64,000 bases of DNA from Antedon mediterranea. Its lineage: Eukaryota; Animalia; Echinodermata. The DNA lies in NCBI RefSeq assembly GCF_964355755.1, contig NC_092678.1, positions 22,895,365-22,959,364 of the forward strand. The letters run 5' to 3'. This document shows positions 27,454 to 38,600 of this stretch, in pieces. Numbering within the stretch: the first letter of the stretch is position 1; every line of letters begins with the position of its first letter. The notes beneath the pieces were generated by a model, which saw only the letters and a program-made list of their open reading frames with translations, ran no database searches and was not told the origin of the DNA. Both the position numbers and the translations under genes were made by a program.

Positions 27454-27531
27454 TATTTGTTTACATTGATTTGGTGGCGTGCCGCATTGCCTACTGGGTA
27501 ATCCGCTTGCCGGAATGGCTGCCGCGCCCAT

Positions 27532-27987
27532 CAAAGATTATATAGCGCCGCTACGCGGCGCAAGATAGGTAACTGTTGCCAAGCTCCTATCTTATAACAC
27601 TACGCGCCCAGTAAATCCATGGACGCCATTCGGGCGGACAGGTTATTATTGTGATTTAAATGTAAATGGTTTAAATGTTGCGGTCCGCCTCGAAGTATCT
27701 GTGGTTAACCATCTTTATGTTTGATTCATGGAAAAGGGAAGAAATTATGTAAACAAAGTAAAATAAAAGTTTCTTTGGGATCTGGACACTTTCCGATTAA
27801 TTCTGTGTGTTTACATTGATGTGTTTGGTTAGACAACTTCGTTCTTTAACCGAAACATCGTGGATATATTGCCTTGACAACGACTTTATTCCGGTTCAAA
27901 CTTGTCCGCCGGAATGGCGTCCATGGATTACAAAGGTCTCACCCAGTTACCTATCTTGCGCCGCGTAGCGGCGCTATACAATCTTTG
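27532..27987. mobile_element. MITE related to the host 22839-28055 element, ~43-bp TIRs
   Basis: caaagattatatagcgccgctacgcggcgcaagataggtaactg / cagttacctatcttgcgccgcgtagcggcgctatacaatctttg. The flanks gcgcccat / ctgcccat are a degenerate 8-bp TSD. Confidence 0.85.
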
Positions 27988-28360
27988 CTGCCCATGCAAT
28001 TATCATTTTTCGAGCGTCAGTTCCATATCTTGCGAGTGGCGCTATACGGTCTTTGGTACAGCGTACAGAAGTACTTGCAGCAAAGAATATTGCGCGCGCG
28101 TGCGCTAGTACATTATAAAGTTCGATTGATTGATTTTGGAACGAAACATCCCATAACTACGTCCTATTAATTAATAACAATTATGTAATATTGTCAATTC
28201 ATAATGCATGCTTTGATGACTAAATAAAATAATAAAGTGTCGTGGATATATTTGTTAATATATTGAATAGGGTATGAACAATATTAAATTAATAAAGGAA
28301 AATTATTACAAATGAATTGATGAACGAGTCTCTGAAAGTTTGTGTCAAAAACACACAGAG

Positions 28361-28707
28361 AGCCATATACTGTATAAAAAGAGGGGTGAATTTGTGTGTT
28401 TTTTGTATTGGTTCATGCTTTGATGTATTCTGACTTGCATGTAGGCCCTAGCATTTATTCTTTTGTTATTATAGACACAATATATATATGCTACCAAATT
28501 AATACCATTAATAAAATTAATTACTAAAATAAAAACGGAATATAAGCGTTATTTCATAGACAAAAAAATCTAAAAATAATGCATGAACTATAGGAAAACG
28601 CTATACAAAAGAGACGCGCGCGCCCTCAGCGTGCGAATTCTTTGACACAAAAATGGCTTCTAATTTTCAATGTCGTAACTCTCTCTATATATGGCTCTGG
28701 TTGGCGC
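28361..28707 (+). repeat. Direct copy of 21541-22055
   Basis: Colinear similarity; it lacks the hammerhead-bearing insert. Confidence 0.85.
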
Positions 28708-30911
28708 GTGTGAATACTGCCCTCAAAATGAAATGAAAATGACGTCCTTTGAAAACGTCCTTGATTGTTTTTACAAATTATCCGTTGTTTTTTACTTATT
28801 TATTATTGTTTAACTTGACTTTTATGAAAATATGGTTTAGTTGTTTTTTTCTATACTATTTGTTCGTTGTAGTTTTTTTTGTTTGTTCGTTGTTTTTTGA
28901 CATTGTTTTTAATTTTTACTATTAAGGCCCTAATTATTTCAATTTCAATTAAAATAATTTTTTTTTTTATTGTCTGGTCTAGTAATCCTAATAAATTATT
29001 GCTCTACTAATGTGAAAACTAACGTTTTAAACTGACTGTCAAATTCATGGCTGTATGGTTATGAAATTGTTAATTCATTGTTAAGTTACATCACCTGCGG
29101 CTTCTTCAATTTTTCTAATGAACCCGGTAGGCTTATTCAGTATTATTTGTGTTATCGGCTACAGTATAGAAACTGGACCGACGTATTTGTCCTTTACACA
29201 AAGTTTAAAGTCTTCTTTTATGGTTAAATTATTTTGAGAATTGGCCAACAAAAACAAGACTGAACAGTTTAATAATGTTTAAGTGAACCTGAAGAAATTA
29301 TGTAAATAGTCGGTACCTTGACAACGGGCACATTTTGAAAATGTTTAATCGTCTATTGATATGCTTAATTGAAGCTCAACAATAACGCATTCTTTGTGAC
29401 AGTGTGGTACTTCGCAGAGTAGGGAAATCATAATATTATCAGTAAGTTTAGCGATTTGCTTAGAGAATTGGCCATTTGAAACGAAAACAAGACTATGAAC
29501 TAAACCAATGTAAGTAAATAATGTTCAAATGAACCTGAACAAATTGTATAAATAGTCGGTCGGTTAACAACGGGCACTTTTTGAAAAACACAAACCAACC
29601 AACTAAACCATTTGTTAGAACGTCATCGATCGATTAATATATTGACTATCATTATATTGAAGCGCACACACAAGACACCCCATCACAATATGGGACAGAT
29701 GTAACTGTCACCATATCAAATCATATCTGCTGTTTTCGGAGAATTATTGTCAATAAATCAATTGCATGATTTATAAAATTAACACGTCTGTTGGCGTGTT
29801 TGTCCACCGTACTATGGGAATAAACAAAATTATTACCAATTCATCCATTGTTTTTGTGTTGGCCTACTCTTTCTCACACCTAAAAGCAGATACTTCTTTC
29901 AAATGAATTTAATATGACGTCATGCTTATGTGTTTTAGTCAACATAACTTTTGATAGATTGTTGTTGAAAGTAATATACATTATAACATGACATTGTCAG
30001 AGGTTATTGTCAGAAATATTTGTATTCTGTAACTATAGCAAATCGATCAAATTTTGAGATAATTTTTATTGATAAAAATCAATTATTAAGCAATTATCCT
30101 GCAAACTGTGTATGCCATTTCCATTAACTATGAAGCAATGTTGATCCGTAAAATATACAAAAAGTCATTTGTACAAGCAACCATATTTTGTGCAAACATT
30201 TCGCCCTTAAAATGTGCAAAAAAACAACCATGGGTGATGAATTCCTACAAATTTTTTTCCACTCTGCTTCAATGAAATATATTATTATAATACAAAATTA
30301 CATCCAAAAAAACTTTTTTAATCAAAGGCATTGTTATAGTTGTCAATGTTAATAGGCCTATGACGTAATTAAGACGTTATTCCAAGATGAATTATGTCGT
30401 TCATTATAATTATTGTTTTCGTTAGCATTACATTTTGCAACAGTACCGCTAAACTGTAGAATTTGCAATGTTTAGGCCTATTGGTAGCCTTAAAAAATGC
30501 CAAATTTAATTTCCAGGTTTACCTATTGAATTTAAAACCAATACAAAACGTAACGAAGCATAAATGCAATGCATATGTTATTTAATCAATGCCATTGCGA
30601 TGCAAAACGAATTGTATACGGTAGGTTGTTTATTTAATATTAGTACACCTTTTATATTATTATTATACTCTTATTCAATACCTTTATGGTTTTCTGCCGT
30701 GGTGCAGATGCATGCCAGGTCCGACATTATATCGAAGGCTTTACTTCAACAAAGGCGAATTTATTTCTCATGGCGCTAAAAACACCGTATATTTATGAAT
30801 TGGTGTTTATGCCCTTCGACGAAATAGTATAATATCAGACGCTCAAATAGTTTTGAAAAGAAAATGACACAAGGAATATGAAACACTTCATTAAAATGTT
30901 GAACAATTCCA

Positions 30912-31674
30912 TTTTTAGTCGGATGCAACGCGACTCTACAGCTTACTATGTCGGTCAGTTGGTCGGTCGGTTGGTCGGTCGGTCGGTCGGTTGGTCGGTC
31001 GTTAAACACTAACTTGTATATGGCCTTGTCTTGATATCAGTTTCATGTAGCTAAGTCCATTTTTCACAGTATATTCCTTATGGCCAGGAATCGATGTGGT
31101 TATGTTTTCACGGTGCGCAATCAAAAATTACGCGGTCTACGCACGATTTAACGAAATCACGTTTGTAATCATATCTTCAGAAGCATGAATCACAATTAAA
31201 TCAAATTTGGTACTCATAAATTTCAGGGCATCAATCATCATGGCAATACAATTATGTGCGTAGCGCATGTAACGCATGCGTACGCGCGCTTAACATTTTC
31301 AAAATGTTCAACATTTTTTTCGATGAAATAAGAGTCGTTTTAGAAATTTTAAGCGGTTAAAAAATTGCCATGAGTGCGCAGATTTTTGCACGCGCACTGC
31401 GCGTTAAATGTTAATATGCACTTTTTTTGCCCGATTTCTGTTTTACAGCCTTTCTTTAATAATATCATCATATTTGATTTACTTTTCAACTCGAAATTAC
31501 GTTATACGAGCACGTCAAAAGTGACAGGCTACGCACGTGCAAATTTAAAAATATAAATGTTTTTAAACATTTTCAACATTTTTTTATGTTCAGCAATTTC
31601 GATTGGTCGGTCGGTTGGTCGGTCGGTAAACACTAACTTGAGCACGCGACTGCAGCCATCTATATGGCATTGTT
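30912..31674 (+). mobile_element. Full-length Helentron/DINE-1-like (HINE) element
   Basis: 5' TTTTTAGTCG..CGCGACTCTA, (GGTC)n tracts near both ends, 3' GCACGCGACT subTIR and terminal hairpin gccat-ctat-atggc. Confidence 0.75.
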
Positions 31675-32627
31675 GTAAAGATATTTGTAATACACAAATT
31701 AACCTTTTGGTGATCCATGCAAATTTCTGAATATTTTAATTAACTTTAGAATGACACCAATGATCAAAACAGACAGACACCAGCAGAAAATATAGAAATT
31801 ACAAATTTACAACAACAATATAACTAGTAAATACAACTGTTTAATGGTAATCCTACATTATTGTACACCTTGTATATTTTAATAGCAACTTAAATAAATG
31901 AAAGCAAGTAAAATGAATTGATAAATGACTATATATATTATATTAAAAAATACAAAGAACACAGCAAGTGTAGTCTTATAAAATGTTAAACCGATTCCAT
32001 GGTTTGTTATCATATAACCTCACGTATATTTCTAATAGATAAAAACCAAACCAAATCAATAATAAAACAGATTTGCGATTAATAATATAAATTTTAAAGC
32101 AATCGCAGACATTAAATATTGAAAACATAGCTAAAAAAAAAACTAATATTAAAAGCTAAAGTAAATTTTTTAAAACACTTGATTGTTTTATTTGTCTAAA
32201 TGCAATAGGATTATTGAGCTATCCTTATTGTTCATAGATTATTATGTTCATAGATATTACATTGCCTTATAATAATAATGTCTGATAATGTACTGTACCA
32301 TTTTTATAACCTTCACCTAGCATTTTATTTATAACGGTACCGTATCTTTTTATAAAAAGACGTATCAAGTTTGAAAATAAGATGATATATTAGATAGTAT
32401 TCTTCCGATGACAGATTAACATTCTATTTAAATCTGTAATTCTTACGTGGTGATATCAAAATATCGTGCAATTATTTGACTAAAAATATAATGTTTCTAA
32501 GATACTTTAATTGAAATTTATAACACATGTATGTCACTATCGATATTCGAAACATCATTCAGTTCTAAAAAGATACAATTTTAGATTTACTTTGAATATT
32601 TCTTCTCTACATTATCCCGCATATCAA

Positions 32628-35600
32628 CTACAGTATTTGTGTGATTGTAACAAAAACCCAACCAAAACATTCCAAACGTTTAGCAAGTTCTAATATGTGA
32701 CCTAAAGAAGTCGAGTCCCATTCATATGAATAATTTTGAGAAGAGAGGCGAAATTTCTTCAATTTAACAAAAGTACTACTACATTCCCATATCACTGACT
32801 TAATACGTTGATTATTTAGTGTTTCCGAATCACTAGACAAACGTATATAGAGAAATTCCAAGTCAGGAAAGGTTTGAAATAATTTGCACATTTGTGATCC
32901 AGTCAACTGTTCGTCATCTTCAATATAATAAAACGAACGTATTTCCTCAACTAAATGATATGTCTTCCATTCATTTGAGAGAATTGTAAGAGCTTTATCG
33001 CCCCATTTGTCAAATAGTTTTATTAAATATCTGTCGTACATTGATGGCATAATTTCATATTCTGCTTTGTATAGTTGTAGTATGATTGATATGTGAGCTA
33101 CAATCTTGCTCACCTTTTCAGGTGAATATTCATTTGATTTTATAATTGACACTACATTATTTAATACTGCATTCTGATCCTTTTTAAGTTTGTATAAAAA
33201 CAATGTTAGACATTTTATTAGGTGGAAATTGTCCCTTTTTCTAAGAAAAGTTTTAAAGGAATTGCTTAGATATTCAAAATGTATTTTCACTTCTGGAGAT
33301 ATTTGGTTGTCCAATGAATTCAGTACCTTTTCTTGGTATGTTTTATTTACATATATGAAATATTTTGAAAATGAATAATAATTAGAAGCCCTATTTACCC
33401 ACCAGTGTTTCATTAGTTTGTCGGCATTCGGACCTAGAAAACTAATAGTGAAAAATCTTGTCATGTGTAAATAAGTGTTCGTCCTTATTTTCTCACATTC
33501 CTCAGAATCTAAAGTCTCTATTTCTTTAGACAAGTAAAATGCGGCCAGTGCCTCAGACAATGACTTATGTGGAAATCGGTAAGTCTCCACAAAAGTATCC
33601 TGAAAAGTAGGAGGATCTTTGTAAACAAATCCTAATTTCAGCGATAAGTCAACTAAACTTTCATTTTCTACGGTTTCAAGCAATTGTATTTTAGTAAAAT
33701 GAAGTGCATTATTCTGTAAAGCAATGTAACTAACGTTTCCTAATAATAAAATTGCATATTTATAATTAGGTGGAATGCTCTCAAACTTTCCTATAGGTTT
33801 TGTAGTAGGTCTATCGCCTCTGTTAATATACTGATTTAAAGTTAAACGGAAATATTCTGTATAAAAATGTTGAAAATCTTCATAAAATAATGTATCGTTA
33901 TATTGCCACGCAGTACACAATTTAAGTAATATAAATGGTGATGATAAGAGTGATCTAGTGGTGTTAGCAGCAATCCAATTTTCTGTTGAATCAAACTTAT
34001 GTGTAGTAATCAATGAATGACCCAGATATGGTTCTCCAATAAATCTGAAATATCTGTTAATATAATGCTTTATATTTTCTGTATCGAATCCTTCTACTTT
34101 TACATGCATGTCATAACATTTATATACACTTTCAGCAAAACCTGGTCGTGAAGTAAGAATAACTGTGCTGTATGGTAGTTCTTCACATTTTAATATTGGA
34201 ATATCCACCCCAGATTTTAACTCATCAAATCCATCTATTAGAACAATAAATTTGTTGTGGTATTTCTGAATAAAAGATTTTATTTTAATTGGGGAAATAT
34301 CTGTGTTTTTAGATAAAACCCATTTAACATTATCGGCAATTATATCTGTGATGGTTTGGCCTGCCTCGATATCCCTCACGTTTACAAGAAATAATATTTT
34401 ACCAGCAAACGTATCATCAGAATCGGTTGCCCAATTGTAAGATATATATCGAAGTAAAGCTGTTTTACCCATTCCCCCATTTCCTGTCATCAACACCTTT
34501 CTTGAGTCTCTAGACTTTATGATATCCAGTAATTCTTGCAATGTGTGCTTTTCGTTTTTCTTTCTTGATGTAGTAGTATATATAATTGGATCGGTAAACA
34601 TCTGCGAAATATTGTAATTTTCAAACTGTGAGTTCCACGTTGGTGGTCTTATATTCGGGTCTTTTAATTTGTTTTTCTGTTCTGCCCTTAAAAGGTTTCG
34701 AATAAGCTCATCTGAAATTAAGACAATTATCAAAGTTTACATGTGTTGACGATGTAGATTGGTGTGGTGAACTTGACTGCTTAGTCCTGGGTTGGGTTCA
34801 AGGGTGGCGCCAGGATCTTCCCGACGCGGGGGCTACATTCCCCGACGAGGGGGCTATGCGAGCGAAGCGAGCATCACAAGGCTGGGGGCCAGGGGGCCGC
34901 CAAGGGCCCTCGCTGGGGGTCCAGGGGGCGAAGCCCCCGGAAGCAACGCGTTCTAGCGTCATTTGAGGTCATTTTAATCAGATTTAGGGTAGCCATTTTT
35001 TCCATTTTTTATAATGCATAAATAAAATACTGCGTGCAAAAAAACGATGCGCGATGACTGTTTCAATCCATATTTTTCAATTTAAAAAATAAAAGTTTAA
35101 AGAAAATTTAGAAAAATAGAGTTGGAGGTCCTAGAAATTGGACTTATTATACTTCAAAACATGAAACAAAATATATAAGTCCCTATCATGGTTTTGACTG
35201 AGCTAAGAAATGTTTTAAAAATAGAGATGTTAGGTCCCGGAAAATGCACTTCTTGTACTTCGAAATATGACCAGCTTTATTGTTGGGGGGCTGAGCTAAG
35301 AAAATGTTTAAAACTAGAGCTGCAGGTCTTCAAAAAATTGCATTTCATACTTTGGAAACATCAGGCCCAGAGGCTTAAAAAACGCAAGCGTAGACCTTTT
35401 TCAGTCGGGGAAATAAGTTTATTCCTCCCAAGTGTATGCCTGCGTACCATCTGGCCTTCCGGGTGGTGAGAAATTCATGACATACAGGACATTGAAAATT
35501 TAATAACTTAGCTATAATAAGATGTTGGCTAAGCGAAAATGGCATGTTTTTTTGTTTAGTAATGGATGAAATATTTATTTTAGGTGCCCCACGGTACAGA

Positions 35601-38600
35601 AGGTTACTTGTAAATTAAAAAATTGGTGAACATACGAACAATTAACATAATTCGTTTTTGCTGTAGTGTAGCGTACGTCGACACAGTACACGACGTAACC
35701 GTCGGTAAACTTCGCCTGGAAAATAACTACAGTACACATTTTGGTCCCTGGATGGAACATGATATCACGACCCAACGTTGAACGATTCGTACAAAGGGAT
35801 ACCGCCAGACAAGTGCGTACCTATAGCTATTGTTTAGTAGTAAGTTAGATCGCTGGCAATAATGAATGCATATAAAGTGCATAATATCACTCTGCCGTAC
35901 TCTCACGGTCAATGAAACGTCGAGGTTTTCTAGGCGCTGAAGCTACGAAGTGAACGCGAACGAATTATATTCCCCGACAAAAAGTACCCGAACCGTCGGT
36001 AAACTTCGCCTGGAAAATAACTACATTACACATTTTGGTCCCTGGATGGAACTTGATATCACGCGTCTCGACCCAACGTTGAACGATTCGTACAAAGGGA
36101 TACCGCCAGACAAGTGCGTACCTAGCTAATGTTTAGTAGTAAGTTAGATCGCTGGCAATAATGAATGCATATAAATTGCATAATAGCACTCTGACGTACT
36201 CTCAATGTCAATGAAACGTCGCGGTTTTCTAGGCGCTGAAGCTACCAAATGAACGCGAACGTTTTTTACTGTACTGTATATTATATTCCCCGACAAAAGT
36301 ACCCGTGTTCCCTTCGGTAACCGTCGGTAAACTTCGCCTGGAAAATAACTACATTACACATTTTGGTCCCTGGATGGAACATGATATCACGCGTCTCGAC
36401 CCAACGGTGAACGATTCGTACAAAGGGATACCGCCAAACAAGTGCGTACTAGCTATTGTTTAGTAGTTAGATCTCTGGCAATAATGAATGCATAAAAGTG
36501 CATAATAGCCCTCTGACGTACTCTCACGGTCAATGGAACGTCGTGGTTTTCTAGGCGCTGAAGCTATATGAAGTGAACGCGAACGTTTTTTACTGTATAT
36601 TATATTCCCCGACAAAAAGTACCCGTGTTCCCCGACGGGGGGGGCTAGGGCTCCCCGACGAGGGGGCTAGAGCCCCCGTAGCCCCCCCCCCCCCCCCCCC
36701 CCGCTGGCGCCACCACTGGTTGGGTTGGATGTAGGGTAAAATAAGAATTGATTTACAATTAAGGTTACTAAAAATTATAAAACACTAAATCTAAAAAAGA
36801 GTTAAAGAAGTGCCATACAACTTAAGCGAACTACATTCATAATAATAAAATATTAATCCTAATTACCGTCTTTTAATAATATGGTATCTGGAATCACACT
36901 GTAAAGTACACCTACCATGACGACAATCAATGCAATGGCCGTTAGGCGTAAAGCTGCAGGAAACGAAAAAAAATGTGTATGCTTTATTATTATATTAAAT
37001 TAAGTTGTAAATAAAGAAGGAAAACATGTTAAATTTTGTAATATTTTGCAACTTATCGTAACACAGGTAAACAGCTGTAAAGATGCCGTTTCAATTAAAT
37101 TAAAGATTCCTTCTTTTGCCGTGTTATGCTTGATATTGTAAATTTAATATATTCACTAATTATATTATAGTCAATAATTATATTCACTAATGTGTACCCG
37201 ACAATTTTCAAAATATAGTTTGGTGAGATTTGGAATAGTAAAAATAATATTTAGGTTATAAAATAACTCAATAAATAATAAATAGACGCAACGTTCCCGG
37301 AAATTGTTTCAGGCGATGCATGCGCATACCAGGACAGTAAATTAAATTCTTTATGTCAAAAAATCAAGGAATTCATGAAAATTCCCTGTATCTGTTGACC
37401 GACACGTCATCCGGAGCTATCAAATTGGACAGAGATGTCATATCACTGGTCATTCACTATTAAATTAACGCTGAGTTTATGTTTTATGTGTTTTTAGCCT
37501 CATTTAAAAATGTTAATTTTCTGTACAGATTTATAAGACCTTCATGAAAAAAAAACTTTACAGAAAATTGGTAATATCACAATGTTTCAGTTTAAGGTAG
37601 ACCTACTGTAATATAAATTGGTCATTTTAACTTTATCAGCTGTTAATTATGTGATGTTTTTTGACCTGCCTCGATGTTTCTGACGTGTAGGCATGGCTAT
37701 TTTTACCAGCAATCGTAGCGTCTGAATCCGTCAGTTATAAAATATACAGATACATTAACGTGGTAATTGTTTTCCCAACTCCATGTAATCGACATAGTCG
37801 ATCCTAGAAGTGTAGCAGCCGCCTCCTCATCCCCAAAATTTACTCTACGCCTCTGGTCAATACCTTTCATAAGTCCCTGTACGAGTTATAATACACATGA
37901 GTTCTTAGAATGATGGAAGCGTGTTCTACTATTTAGTGGTATGTAGAACTACAACAATCTGTAAAATAATAATAATCAATACCTAATCTCCATGTCGATT
38001 GTTTTATTTTTAAGGGTTTGATTCCGTCTTTCTGTTCAGTTCTGTAATAGTCGCGAATAATTTTATCTGAAATAAAAATACAGATTACAGATTGTCTACA
38101 TAGTACTCAAAATTAAAGACACAGAAGAAGTATTGAGGTGGGTGTTTTTAGAATCTGAAACTGACCAAATTCACAAACATTTAACTAGATTATACATGTT
38201 TCGGACTATGCCGACTTATGGGTTGAGATTTAAACATTTTAAGTTTTTTTTCTGCTGTCTGTGTCCATAAATATGTATTTTCTTATTTATATACTGTATA
38301 GGCCTAAATGCCTATTATAATAGCCTACATGCATTGCCATGATTAAATAACTGAATGCTGATTATATATTGTCATGATTAAATACTTACGGGTATCAACA
38401 AAATTAACAGCTTCTATTACATGGTTCAGTCTACGATGTCTTAACTTCCCGATGAATTTCATCATGTTTTCTTCCGAGAGAATCATAGTACGTTCAAGAT
38501 CCATGATCAAACTCCAGCTATCTTCATATGGTTTAAACAATGTTTCTTCATACATCTGACTTATTTTGGTTGTATCACTAGGTGACATACTATTGCCTAG

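Larger units (their letters stand above)
22839..28055. mobile_element. Non-autonomous DNA transposon with CAAAGA..TCTTTG ends and 8-bp TSD (P-element-like)
   Basis: Perfect TSD GTACAGCG at 22831-22838 and 28056-28063, with imperfect ~35-bp TIRs and an inverted subterminal ccatgggcagccattccggcaagc motif. No transposase was seen. Confidence 0.8.

Noticed and set aside
21541-28707. LTR retrotransposon bounded by the two direct repeats
   Set aside because: There are no TG..CA ends, PBS, PPT or gag/pol remnants, and the interior consists of DNA transposons.
29230-29590. Diverged local duplication (gagaattggcca...acaacgggcac)
   Set aside because: It is real but has no ends, ORF or structure suggesting function.
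33190-33378. Plus-strand ORFs opposite the NACHT/DED exons (also 3364-3636, 48646-48921, 51140-51331)
   Set aside because: These are antisense shadows of real coding exons.
37050-37130. Pre-TM linker exon of gene 2 equivalent to 50707-50760
   Set aside because: There is some similarity (tacctgtg), but the donor reads ATAAGT rather than GTAAGT, so the boundaries cannot be supported.
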